In this document: positions 1-12,192 of the stretch, piece by piece
Layout: the number at the start of each line of letters is the position of its first letter
How positions within the stretch are numbered: position 1 is the first letter of the stretch
Assembly: GCA_010909165.1 (NCBI GenBank)
Contig: MU008155.1
Location: 1,178,001-1,242,000 of the forward strand
DNA from: Anthoceros angustus
Lineage: Eukaryota > Plantae > Anthocerotophyta
Length of the DNA: 64,000 nt
Direction of reading: 5' to 3'
The notes under the pieces: generated by a model
Told to the model about the DNA's origin: nothing
Database searches by the model: none
Seen by the model: only the letters and a program-made list of their open reading frames with translations
Position numbers and translations under genes: made by a program

Positions 1-1638
1 CTGCCTGCTGGATTGACTGCAGACAGAATGATAACCGATTAATCACCTTGCTCTAATAGCCGCCATTACCATGAAACATTTTCGGAGGCAGTATGGGGAT
101 CAGCTGACAGCGGGGGAGGTAAGTTCCCAGTTTCAATCCGTCATCACCAATGGGTGCTTGAATGCCTGAATCCTAACACTGTCCTCACGACATGACCATG
201 GTCACGACATGGGACACATGCGCAAGTCCAACGGTGCCTCATAATGCCTGCGATTTGGGACGACAAAGACAAGCAGAGGATGAAGGGTTGCGCCCAAAAG
301 GCTGCCTGTTGGGGTATTCGGACCAAAAGTGTTTGGTCCCAGTACCGCAACAGACATGGACGCAAGTCCGCACCCGCTTCGTATCACCTTGGAGCCGGAG
401 GCAGCTGCCATGTACTGCTGGGTTAAGGCCAGACACTTAGGAGCTGAAGCTGGATGATCAAATTTCTCATCGCAGATATTGGTGGAGGTAAGTTCCAGGA
501 CCTGCACTTCCACCGCTACCCAAGATTATTCCCAAATCAGTCCGGTTTATTGTAGAACATGTGACACCTGTTTCAAAACAAATTCCTCCTGACACTTTGG
601 TTTAGGATACCACGTGCTCTCAAGCTTGAATAGTCTACTTACGCTCCATCCCAAGTTGAAACTGTGGATTGCACGGACAGTGGACATTGTGATCTATGCC
701 AAAGGCCAGTGTAGACCCTCGAGAGTTGAAAGTAAGAGAAGTACAGGCCAGCTCTGGGGGCTTGTGTGGTGGTATGCAGGGCAGGTGGCAAGAAATCAAG
801 AGCACATTCGATGGTCATGAAGACGTCGTATATGAGCTGGATTTACCCTCCAGGCTTTCCAGGGAATGGGAGTGGCACGACGAGCTTAACAACGTTAAGC
901 CTAGGAGCATGGGTTGCGAGGAAATAACTCTGTCGGCAGCTGACATCAAGGGTATATTTGATCCTATTGTCAATGAGATCATCCGTCTCATACAACACGG
1001 TATGACAGCACAAGTGCAAGTCATGATGGTCGTCGGTGGTTCTCGGCCTCCCCAAATATGGATTTGATGTCCAGGATTGAGGAAACATTTGCGACGAGGG
1101 TGCAGAAAATTATCAACCCATCTGAGCCAGGATGTGCAATATTTCATGGTGCTGTTCTGATGAGGCTTGCGCCTACTAGTAGCATTATCTCTAGCATCGC
1201 TGTAAGAGTTACGGAATTAGTGCTCGTCGGGAGTTCCGGCCATCAACAGATACGGCTGACAAACTAATCTTTGTTGATGGGGACGCCATGTGTAAGGATG
1301 TGTTCGGCCTGTATGTTCGGAAAGGAATGGAGATGGGAATTGATCATCGTGAGAGCCACATCTACACTCCAGCTTCTCGTCGCGTGAGGCGGATGAGTAT
1401 TGGAATCTACAGCTGCTGCTCAGACGTGAAGCCGGAATATATCACAGGTGTAGGAATGGCTCGCGAAGGGCGTTTTGTCATGGATATAACCGATGGGCTG
1501 GAATTAGATCTTCTCCCACGGATTCGCGTGTCCATGTATTTTGGCCGGTCGTCCATAGAAGTCCAAGCGCAGAGGGAAAATTTTGGTGACACAGAGCTTG
1601 TGGAATCACTTCACATGCATCTTGATCATGATGTATGA
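1..1638 (+). pseudogene. Degraded HSPA12-type Hsp70-like gene (5' end outside window), paralogue of 4772..6866
   Basis: Collinear with the intact copy (PAIWDDKDKQRMK, KVREVQASSGGLCGG, IFDPIVNEIIRLI, RVSMYFGRSSIEVQAQREN) with the same intron donors (~119, ~488). It carries an early stop, several frameshifts, a mutated exon-3 acceptor and a roughly 95-nt deletion after GGLCGG. Confidence 0.85.
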
Positions 1639-2208
1639 AATGGTGTTCCGCGTGTCAAGTGAGAATGCTCCCGAGATGCACCATGCACCGGTGATCCTCT
1701 TCGAAACGAAACTTACTTTGCAGAGTCTATGTAGGTATGCCGTGTGTTTCGGCCTCGAGATGTAGCATCCAGTGATGCCTGGTTCAGACAGCGAACTTTT
1801 CAGCTTCTACGCGCTTGCCATTCAACGGCCATCTTTGCTACTGCAGGATGAAGAGAATGAGCTGCGGGAATTGTGTACCCTAATACGAATTGGCCGTAAA
1901 ACCCTCACTCTGTTTGATGCCAGGTGTAACTTGTAACGCATTCCTACGCTCGCCGTGAAAGGGTTCACAATTATTCTCACACTCCTCACGGTCAGTGTGA
2001 AGTGCGAGCAGGACGTACCTCTACACTCAACGCAACTATGTACACTGTGGCCAAGTATGCTTCTCCTGGCAGCTTAGAGAATTAAGCGGTAGCTTCAGCT
2101 TGCAAGAATTAAGCCGACTTCAGCGTATTTCCTGGGCTCTGTAGCTTTGTATGTTTGTCCACAGGTGACTACAATTGTTGGACAAGTATGCGAAATGGAT
2201 GATCATGC

Positions 2209-2318
2209 ATCCCTTTTATTGCTCAAGAGATGTCTACCAATTTGGCAGGAGTTTGTTTGAGCTTTGACATGATCCCTTTTATTGCTCAAGAGATGTCTAC
2301 CAATTTGGCAGGAGTTTG
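2209..2318. repeat. Local direct repeat, ~63-bp period, 2 copies
   Basis: atcccttttattgctcaagagatgtctaccaatttggcaggagtttg occurs at ~2209 and ~2272. Confidence 0.8.
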
Positions 2319-2653
2319 CTTGAACTTTGCCGTCAACCAGGAAGTTACGTTTCGAACATGCACATCAGCATGGTGGTGATCAGAGATGATGAGCTGGTCT
2401 TTGCCAAGGTCCACACACCGGGCTGCTAAAATATGGCAGTCAACAATTTCAAATGGTGAAAGCTCCACACTGGGACAGCCTAATAACGCTTCGCAACTTC
2501 CAAACACTAACCCAGGATGCGTCTTGGATAAGATGTTGAGTCAACTGTCTTGCAACAAAACATACTGATCACTTGCTATATAAGATTGCTTACAAGGTTC
2601 CTCTGGTTCAAAATTCTGCTCAGCAACAAGGACCTCAAAGATAGCTTGAGGTG

Positions 2654-4034
2654 TCAACCGTCTATTTCATGAAGATAGACCTTAGCTCTGACCACCGCTT
2701 TACCGATGTGAAACCCAGGTACAACCACAAATGCTACTCTCCACACAGAATCAGATTTGTAGCTGGCTGCATCATCCTCGTCCTCCAGAATAGTAACGCT
2801 TTCCATGTATGCTTCATCATATGGACAGCCGACCTTCACCTGCAATATTACAATACAATAGGTGGTAAAGTTACTTGAGCACCTGATGTTCCACTTTGGG
2901 GGGAAATGCTGCGTTTACCTTAAAAATGGTGCAACGTGGATCAAACGAGAAAACAAGCAGATGACAAAGCCAGACATCGGACAGGAGCCGATGAAGCTTC
3001 CTCCGCAGAGCTATGTCCTCTTCTCTGTCACCCGTATCAGGGGCATGTAGTCCAATCCCGTTTCCTATACGGGACATCGATTGTAACACCTGCCGTGCTT
3101 TGGTGTAGCAGAAGGTAAGCAAGCTATCACCACCAAAGGCGCAGCATCCATTTGGTTGACAGAAACATGGGGCTTGGTTCCTTGCAACACTCCGAGGTTC
3201 TGCTGTACTTGTGGCTAGCTCTTCCAACCTTTTCATCCATACATCATTGTCTTGACGCAGCGAGCTGACAAGATCCTTATATTGCCTGTAACTGTCCGTC
3301 CTCCTTTTCTCCAAGTCCATCTCTGTTGGACAACATTCAGGAATCTGAAAATCCTCTGCCTCAAACCCACCGAAAACTATTTCCGACACATACTTCTGGT
3401 ACCAGAACTTGACATCCGACGTTCTTGCAAAACTTATGTCACTTGTGTGGGAAACAAGACCATCCTTAGCACCAGCCTCGTCTGCATCCTTGAAGAGGAC
3501 TTTCCCCTCCCCATCCGTGAACGCTTTAGTGAAGGTGGCCAGGGAATTCTCGATTCTCTGGACTTGGAGCAGGACGTCGTTGGGAGTGGCTACACAATCT
3601 CTGTAGGCACCATACTGTCCGCCACCCTGAACCTCGAGTCTTCCAATCTGCTCCTCCAGGTGCTTATTCTGCTGCACAAGGGCTTCATTCAGGCGTTGTA
3701 GTTCCGACACCCTCCCTATCTGTTCCTCCAGGTGCTTATTCTGCTGCACAGGGGCTTCATTCAGGCGTTGTGGTTCCGACAACCTCCCAATCTGCTCCTC
3801 CAGGTGCTTTTTCTGCTGCACGAGGGCTTCATTCAGGCGTTGTGGTTCCGACACCCTGTTTTCAAATTGAGTCGTAAGTCCAGCAGTCACTGTTTCGGGC
3901 TCGTCCTTCAGCGTCCTTATTCTGGCCTCGCACTCCGGCCAGAGCGAGTCATTTCCAGCATCCAACTCGTGTGAGACCTCCTCTGTGAATGTCCCGCCCC
4001 GAAAGCAGTTGAATGTGCTTGCAACGCCTCCCAT
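2654..4034 (-). CDS. Coiled-coil protein with GIL1/IRKI-type (GrpE-like) C-terminal domain, copy 1; exons 4034-2919 and 2839-2654
   Basis: ATG 4034 (MGGVAS..., Gly2/Ser6). In-frame 79-nt GT-AG intron. IVFGGFEAEDF, VWLCHLLVFSFDP and terminal KVGCPYDEAYMESV...VAFVVVPGFHIGKAVVRAKVYL match the GIL1/IRKI C-terminal signature. Confidence 0.8.
3640..3858 (-). repeat. 72-bp coding tandem repeat x3 (RxSEPQRLNEALVQQNKHLEEQIG)
   Basis: Three near-identical 24-aa units in the coiled coil; the paralogue at 7730..9159 has only one. Confidence 0.9.
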
Positions 4035-4619
4035 CGATTTCCTAATCCCTCTCCAGCACGAACCGAAACTCAGCATGCAACGAGCCCGAGAGAAGCGTCC
4101 AGGCAAAGAGCAGTCAGGGCCCTTCGTTCACACACTCATGAATCTCTCTGTTTGTGTTCAAAGCGAAAGTGCACCCCTGTCAGCTTCTAGAGGTTTCACG
4201 TTCGATCGCCAACGGACGTCCACAGGGACGCGGACGATCGTGAAGCTCCGACGAGCGTACTCAGTACGCTGCGGGGTAGCGTGACAGGAAGGGACAGACG
4301 CACGCTTCTGAAAAGTGGTCATGGGGCGTAACAAGGACCACGCTACGCTCCAAGGCTCCACGGCAAAACCAACCCAGGCCTTACATGCTGTGTTTACGCC
4401 AGCGCACACCGGGTTTACCGCTTGCTCCCGGTGGATCGTACAATTCCCATCGCTCCAACGGGCGTATGCACTTGAGAGTACAGTACATATACAGTAGGTG
4501 GTATGTAGGCTGCGAGGGAATATTTCCGACACGATGGGACAGATGCACGCATTTGAAACGTCGTTGGCGTTAACGCTAACTCCAGGAGCGTAACAAGGAT
4601 TACGCTCCAAGGCTCCACC

Positions 4620-4634
4620 GTTCGCGAAGCTTCA
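4620..4634. promoter_or_regulatory. Perfect three-unit heat-shock element (gTTCgcGAAgcTTCa) in the divergent promoter
   Basis: nTTCnnGAAnnTTCn about 140 nt upstream of the Hsp70-like ATG, followed by a TATA-like tatttat at ~4660. Confidence 0.5.
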
Positions 4635-4771
4635 AAATAACTCAGCAGTCAGGAAACTGTATTTATGACCTCGGAATCTGAAATGTTTGGACGTGACTCC
4701 TCGCAAAGATCAGTCTTGCTTGGGCATTGCTGCGCTCCACATTGGTCGTGACGCGTTCCAGGCGGAGGCAA

Positions 4772-6866
4772 ATGTCGCTGGCGATCCGGGACGCGAGGGT
4801 TGTGGTGGGCCTGGATTTCGGGACCACCTTCTCTGGCTTCGCCTACGCTCACAAGGCGTGCCCTGACGATGTCTACAAGTTTTACGAATGGCCGGATTCC
4901 ACCAGGGGAGGAGGGAGGCCCTACTGCAAGACGGAGACAAGTCTGTACTACGTTGCAGGAGCCCATGTCAACTCCTACGAGCTCAAAGGTTGGGGATGGA
5001 CAGCGCTCGTTGCCTACAGACAGGCGACCCAAGAGGCTACCAGAGCTCGGCGCCTGAGTGAGCTGGGATTGGATGGCACGGTTTCCAGGATTGCTCACAT
5101 TGGTGGCCCGGCGGCGGATGAGGTGGGGCTCTACATTACCAAGTTCAAGCTCCATCTGGCTGGTGAGGACAACGTTTCCAGCAGCGTCGTTGGGCCTCTC
5201 ACTGCCGGAGCACTGCCTGCTGGATTTACTGCAGACAGATTGATAGCCGATTATCTTGGCAAAATAGCCGGCTTCACTATGGAACAACTGCGGAAGCAGT
5301 ATGGGGATCAGCTGTCCGCGCGGGAGGTAAGTTTCCAGTTTCCACGGCTCGTCGCTGGGCGGCTTGAATGCATGAATCCTGACACGTCCTCACAAGTTAC
5401 AACATGACCCACATGCACAGGTTCAGTGGTGCCTCACGGTGCCTGCGATTTGGGACGACAGAGCCAAGCAAAGGATGAAGGATTGCGCCCAAAAGGCTGG
5501 CCTTGTGTCTGGTCCACATACCCCAACAGGTGTGGTGGCAAGTCCGCACCCGCTTCTTATCATCTTGGAGCCGGAGGCAGCTTCCATGTACTGTTGGACC
5601 AAGTCCACACACTTGAAAATGAAGCTGGACGATCAAATTCTGATAGCAGACATTGGTGGAGGTACTTCCCTAGCTATGGATATGCAATGCCATCACCCAT
5701 AATTATTCCCCATTCACTTCGGTACCGGTCCATTCGACAACATAACTGACAACTATTGCATACCGCTCTTCGGACTGCATTTCACGCTTATGCTACATCC
5801 TAATTTGAAACTGTGGATTTCAGGGACAGTGGACATTGTGGTCCATGCCAAGGCCAGTGAAGACTCTCGACTTCCAAAAGTAAGAGAAGTACAGGCCAGT
5901 TCTGGAGGCCTGTGTGGTGGTACTTACGTCGACCGGAACTTCTTCGAGTTTCTATGTAGCCGGATAGGTGGCTTCAGGGATTGGGTCCTCGAAAACCAGT
6001 CCTTACTCTTGAGTTTGCAAGGCCGGTGGCAAAACCTCAAGAGCACGTTCGATGGTCAGCAAGACATCGAACACGTGCTGGATTTGCCTTCCAGGCTTGC
6101 CAGGGAATGGAAGAGGCACGACCAGCTCAACGAACGAAAGCCAAGAAGTATGGGTTACGAGGAACTATGTCTGTCTACAGCTGACATCAAGGGTATATTT
6201 GATCCTATTGTCAATGAGATCATCCGTCTCATAGAGCACAGTATGACATCACAAGTGCAAGTTATGATGGTCGTTGGTGGGTTCTCGGCCTCTCCTTACT
6301 TGATGTCGAGGATTGCGGACAGATTTGCTACAAGGGTGCAGAAAATTATTAACCCACCTGAGCCAGGGTGTGCAATATGTCATGGTGCTGTCCTGATGGG
6401 GATTGCTTCTACCAGTAGCATTATTTCTCGCATCAGCCGTAGAACGTATGGAACTGAAACCACACGGGACTTCCTCCCAGGTACAGATCAGAGGGACAAA
6501 CATTTCGTTGCTGATGGGATAGCCATGTGTGATAATGTGTTCAACCTGTATGTTCAGAAAGGGACGGAGGTGGGAATTGATCATTGCGAGAGCCACGTCT
6601 TCTGCCCAGTTTATCGTGGCCAGAGAACAATGACAATAGGAATTTTCAGTTGCAGCGCAGACTCAACGCCACAGTATGTCACAGATGTAGGAGTGGTTCG
6701 TGAAGGGGGCTTTGAAATGGATCTCGCAGATGGGCTGGACTTAGATCTAGACCGAAAGGTCCGCGTATCCATGTATTTTGGCCGGTCAACAATAGAAGTC
6801 AAAGCGCAGAGAGAAAATTTTGGGAACACAGAGCGTGTGGAATCACTTCGTATGCATTTTGGATGA
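4772..6866 (+). CDS. HSPA12-type atypical Hsp70 (actin-like ATPase), ~612 aa; exons 4772-5326, 5421-5661, 5824-6866
   Basis: VVGLDFGTTFSGFAY (phosphate 1), QWCLTVPAIWDD, LEPEAA, ADIGGGTVD (phosphate 2, joined across intron 2), GGLCGGTYVD and VVGGFSASPYL. HSPA12-like C-terminus (MYFGRSTIEVKA) without EEVD. Both introns are GT-AG and frame-consistent. Confidence 0.9.
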
Positions 6867-7729
6867 AGTGGTGTCTCAAAGGATGCAACGAGCACGAGAA
6901 AGAAGCGTTCATTCGAGAACCAGTCAGGACCGCCCATTCGCACACTAAGTTTATCATCATCATTGATCGCCCTCAGTGGTTCAGACTTGTTGAAAGTACT
7001 TATTGTGCTGCGATGTCGCTGTTGCGTTGCGATGTTAATGGACGAATAATTTCTGGTAACTGTGAACGAAATTTAGCAAGGCAGCTTAGAGTACTTCATG
7101 CTGCTTTTGAGTAGTGCAGTCAGTTCCCCTAATCCTCACTGAGTTCCGACGTTTTGCGTAGCTAACTGATAACTGTAGCTGAACACAGCGGAGAAAGGAC
7201 AAATACCTACTCTGCTGTACTTACAGTCAAAAAATTGAAGTGCATCGGGAAGTCCTTCCCGATTCAAACCTTGTGACTACGTACATTTCAGATGAAAGCT
7301 GTAGGTGGACAACTTTAACACCCACTTGACAGGTCTTCACTTCAGCTGTGGGTGCCAGGAATTTCCTGTTGAAACATGCAGAACAGCATGTGATGATTAG
7401 AGATCGGCTGGTCTTTGCCAACTTGAAGGTCCATACACCGGGCTGCCAAATGTGGGAGTAAATAATTTCAAAGGGTGAAAGTTCCACATAGGGACAGACT
7501 AAAAGAGCTCTAGAAAGATCTTGACTCAGCGTTCCTGGATAAGATCTTGAGTGAACTGTCTTGTATCACTCAACCCAAACCATCCAGACGACCACTTCCT
7601 ATTCAAGATTGATCACAATGTTCCTCTTGTTCAAACCTGGCGAGTGAACAACGAGATTAATCACAAGGTTCCTCTTGCTCAAACTGGTGAGCGACAAGGA
7701 CCTCGAGATAGCTTGAGGTGTCGTCGATT

Positions 7730-9159
7730 CTAGTGTAGATAGATCTTAGCTCTGACCACAGATTTACCAATGCGAAACCCAGGTACGACCATGAATGCTA
7801 CTCTCCACACAGAATGCGATTTGTAGCTGGCTGTTTCATGCTCGTCATCCCGAATGATGACGTTCTCCATGTATGCCGCATCAAAGACAGAGCCAACTTT
7901 CACCTGTAATAACAATAGATACAGAGTTAGGCTAGGTAGCACCTGATATTCCACGTCGCTGGAAATGCTGCGTTTACCTTGAAAATGGTGCAAGGTGGAT
8001 CAAATGAGGAAGCAAGCAGATGACAAAGCCAGACATCGGCCAGGAGCTGAAGAAGCTTCTTCCTCAGAGCTATGTCCTCTTCTCTGTCATCAGTGTCACG
8101 GGCATGTAGTGGCCTCCAGAAGCTCCCAATACGGGATTGTAACATTTCCTGTGATTTGGTGTGGCAGAATGTAAGGAAGCTATCACCACCACAGGTGCAG
8201 CATCCAGTTGGTTGACAGAAACACGTGGCTGGTTCTTCCAACCTTTTCATCCACACATTGCTGCCTTGGGTCATCGAGCTGACAAGCTCCTTATATTTCC
8301 TGTAACTGTCACTCCTCCGTTTCTCCAAGTCCATCTCTACCGAACAAGATTCAGGAATCTGGAAATCTTCTGCCTCAAAACCAAAGAAAACAATTTCCGA
8401 CACATGCTTTTGGTACCAGAACTTCACATCCGACCTTCTCGCAAACTTTATTTCACCTGTAGGGGGAGAAAGGCCACTAGCAACGGCCCCATCTACATCC
8501 TTGAGCACGTTTCCCTCCCCATACATCACCGCTTTGGTGAAGCTGGCCAGGGAAGCCTTGATTATGTCAGCTTGGAGCTGGACGTCGTTGGGAGTGGCTG
8601 AACAATCGAGGTAGGAGCCACAATTCCTGCTTCCCTGAACCTCAAGTCTTCCAATCTGCTCCCGCAGGTGCTCCTTCTGCTGCATAAGGGTGCCATTAAA
8701 GTTCTGCAGGTCCGACATCCTGGCACGAAATTGCCGCTCAAGTTGAGCGGTAGCTGCCTCGTGCTCGTCCTGTTTCTTTTTTATCGCGGCCTCGTACTGC
8801 TGACTGAGCTCCTCCATGCGACGACTCTCCTCTGCTCTCGCCAATGGCGTGACATGCTCACGGAAAGCCGGAAGGCATGTCTTAGAGCCAGTCAGGTTGG
8901 AAACGAGCTCCTCCACGACAGTCACCACACTCCAGTATTCGTCCTTGCTGCGGGCCATCACCTGCCGTGCTCCCCCCGCATTCCATTCTGCTGCAGTGCA
9001 CGAAGTGCAGCCTGTCATTGATTCACCCATCCACTCCACCTCTGACCACAACCCATGTAGCGCGTCATGATGAGCTCTCCTGAACTCCTCTACAACATCC
9101 AACGATGTTGTCACTGTGTCGCACCCATTGCCTGCAAACTTGCTTCCAAAGACTCCCAT
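7730..9159 (-). CDS. Coiled-coil GIL1/IRKI-type (GrpE-like) protein, copy 2; exons 9159-7978 and 7903-7730
   Basis: MGVFGS N-terminus; same intron position as copy 1; terminal KVGSVFDAAYMENV...VAFMVVPGFRIGKSVVRAKIYLH. Confidence 0.82.
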
Positions 9160-9689
9160 TGACTACCTGAGCAATCTCTTCAACACGAACCAAAATTGTG
9201 TTAACTTCATGCGATGTAACGAGCTCGGCAAAACCATCCAGGCAAAGACCAACCAAGAGCTTTCTCGAACTTGAAACAGCTTTACTGCCCGCTTGCGGTG
9301 GAAGGCAAAACCATCTAGGCAACTTCCAACCAAGGGCTTTCTCGAACCTCGAACTTGAAACAGGTTTACCGCCTGCTTGCGGTGGATCAAACGGGTGTAC
9401 CGCCTCCCTGCCGTCGAAGGCATGTGAAGGCACACGCTTTACACCAAACGAAACTACGAACTTCACCATGGAGAGCGTTACTTGAGGTTGGACGTCTATT
9501 CTGCTAGTGAACTCGTTTGACTTTTCTTAACCCCAAAACGACGAATGACTCAATTTCCGACAGACGATATGAAATGGCTTATGTAGCAAGCGTTACAAAA
9601 TGGAAGTCATAAATTTGAAAAATTATTTTATTTCAACGAAACAAATTTTACCTATAAATTTGGAGAAGTTTACTGGTAAACCTCTTGGA

Positions 9690-10150
9690 GGTTAATGATC
9701 CCCCTGCTCCTTCTTGTCTTGGTGGCAACACAGTATCGGAAGTTGTTTCTGAGAAGGCGGACTGTGCTTGCTGTGCTTTAAACTTGAGAATTTTTGGTCT
9801 TGGTAATGACATTGTTGTACCACTTGCAAAGGAGTTTCTCAATAGGCTAAAGGTCGATGTGGTCGTTCCTCAAGCCTTTTGGCTTTGAAAGGATTTGGTA
9901 GGGAGCGCATATTGATTATAACTTTTCACCCTATGGATGATCGTCTCCAGGTTATGAAGGCTAGGTCTATGTTACGGACAACTCAGTTATATATCAATAA
10001 AGCACTTACACCATTGCAATGGAAGAATAAGAAGGAGAAGTTACCTGCTTTCTTACACCATTGCAATGGAAGAATAAGAAGGAGAAGTTACCCGCTTTCA
10101 GAGCTGCTCGTGATGTAGGTCAACTGGCTTTCTTTCGAGGGGATGAGTTG
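9690..10150 (+). mobile_element. Degenerate LINE ORF1-like remnant
   Basis: Frameshifted RILIITFHPMDDRLQVMKARSMLRTTQLYINKALTPLQ resembles the RRM/CTD segment of non-LTR ORF1 proteins; internal 46-bp duplication at ~10005-10092. Confidence 0.45.
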
Positions 10151-10176
10151 TAGGTGTTTAGCCCTCGTTCACGCAT

Positions 10177-10380
10177 TTTCATTAACACTGTTGATTGATT
10201 GAAGATTATTTATCTTGCATTTCATTAAAACTATTGATTGATTGAAAATTATTTGTGTCCTTTTCATTAACACTGTTGATTGATTGAAGATTATATGTCT
10301 TGCATTTCATTAACACTATTGATTGATTGAAAATTATTTGTGTCGTTTTCATTAACACTGTTGATTGATTGAAGATTATT
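10177..10380. repeat. AT-rich minisatellite, 5 units of ~42-43 bp alternating two subtypes
   Basis: ttcattaacactgttgattgattgaagattat repeated five times. Confidence 0.85.
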
Positions 10381-11889
10381 TCTCTTGTTTGAATTTTACC
10401 TTTATATTCAGTCAAACTATTTTATCGTAATTTATGTAGTTACCATATTTGAGTCCCATGACGGAAATCCGTTCTTACTTGACTTAAATAAAATTCTTCT
10501 TCTTATTGGCAAGCATTTCGATGACCATTGTTTTTTAGCTGTTATTAGATTCAAGCATATTATAATTGTTGGATAGAGACTCGGCTAAGAACCATGGTTA
10601 TATTTTTTAATTTTAAAAACTAATAATTTAAAATAATTTTTACATGTTATTTGTGTAAAAAATAGCACAAAAAACGGCCGTCCTTAATGCACCAACTTTC
10701 ATTATCCACATTGCTTCACTTCACAATGTACATAGTACATCTTTCTTTAATTACATAAAATTTATATAATTTAATATTTATATATTTTAAAATATTAAAT
10801 TATACTCTATCGAGGTATTTAATACACCACTTTATTCCAACTTAAAGGATGAGATAATTATTTTATTTAATAAATAAATATTTAGCTAAAATTAGTTTAT
10901 TTTATTAATAGTATCTCTCTAAATTTATATTATATTATACGAATATAATATCATAACGGATCAAGACACGCAGGTTTTGTTGCAAAATTTGTCCAATGAG
11001 GATAAGATTTGCTTTCATATATAACTGAATCAAGTGCGGACACTTAAGAACTGAAAATGTACAATCACTTAAGAACTGAAAATGCACAATCAAAGTTTCA
11101 TCGCAAATATATGTGGTGTTCAAATATATATGGTGTTCCTAATATGTGGTATTCCTAACTTCCGTTCATGCACCACCGTGACCCTTGAAGGTTCCACTCA
11201 TTTTGGTGTTTCCATAACCCAAATTGATCGTAATTTTATTTTAACCATTCTGACTTTTCTTTGTATATAGTAGTAAGTTGAAATGCATAGTGCACACAAG
11301 GCCTTGCAAATTAGGATCTCAGGAAGACTTTAGATAGAGTTTAGTACCCTAATATGGGTTGCTTGGCAACCCTTATAGAAATTGCTCTTGTGCTGGACTA
11401 CAACTTAAAGTAGCATCCCTACATAATCTATGTATATATCACTATATTTTTTTATTACGTATAGTAATATATCACGTATATATCACTATATTTTTTTGTT
11501 TCTAATTGCTTGACGAATTTCAAGATGGGACCGGATCGGAATAGGTAAGTAGAATGACCAAACCACCTTCTATCTCTAGATATCCATTTAACTACATCTT
11601 ACCTTTATAGGTAAGATACAGGCCCCATGCATTATAAGAGCATAAAATGTCCTGCAAGGCCCTATGGCGATTATGTACTGTACAACTAAAATATGTATGA
11701 AGTCATTCAAGTCTGTCTTCGGTAGGGGGACAAATAATGTTTTGTGGAGTATTTCGGAGAGGTATTCCCGTACCCTACCGGCTGGTGTTTTACTTCAACC
11801 CAGCAGCGAAGACACTGCCGGTGTTTCCTTCCTCCGCTGAGAGTGAGCTAGGTCTCACCTGTTTGGCGTGAAGTCTCCCGTCCTCAAGA

Positions 11890-12150
11890 TCTTTTTCCTT
11901 CAAAGCAGTATATGCTCGTGGTGTCTCCAGCTTCTCAATCAAATCCTTGAGAGCGTTTTCCTTCAAGCAGTCTCTGCTCGTGCTGTCTCCAGCTTCTCAA
12001 TCAAATCATTGAGAGGGTTTTCCTTCAAAGCAGTCTCTGCTCCTGCCGTCTCCAGCTTCTCAATCAAATCCTTGAGAGCGTTTTCCTTCAAAGCAGTCTC
12101 TGCTCCTGCTGTCTCCAGCTTCTCAATCAAATCCTTGAGAGCTTTTTCTT
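11890..12150 (-). repeat. 63-bp tandem repeat x4 encoding a 21-aa coiled-coil unit (KENALKDLIEKLETAGAETAL)
   Basis: ccttcaaagcagtctctgctcctgctgtctccagcttctcaatcaaatccttgagagcgtttt repeated; a 1-nt deletion near 11965 breaks the frame. Confidence 0.85.
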
Positions 12151-12192
12151 TCATCAGACCCTACTTTTGTGGTGAGAATTTTAAGGAAGACC

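Noticed and set aside
4035-4106. Upstream extension of CC1 given by the ORF track (non-ATG start at 4106)
   Set aside because: ATG 4034 gives an MGxxxS start like the paralogue; the extension is unsupported, though an in-frame ATG at ~4076 cannot be excluded.
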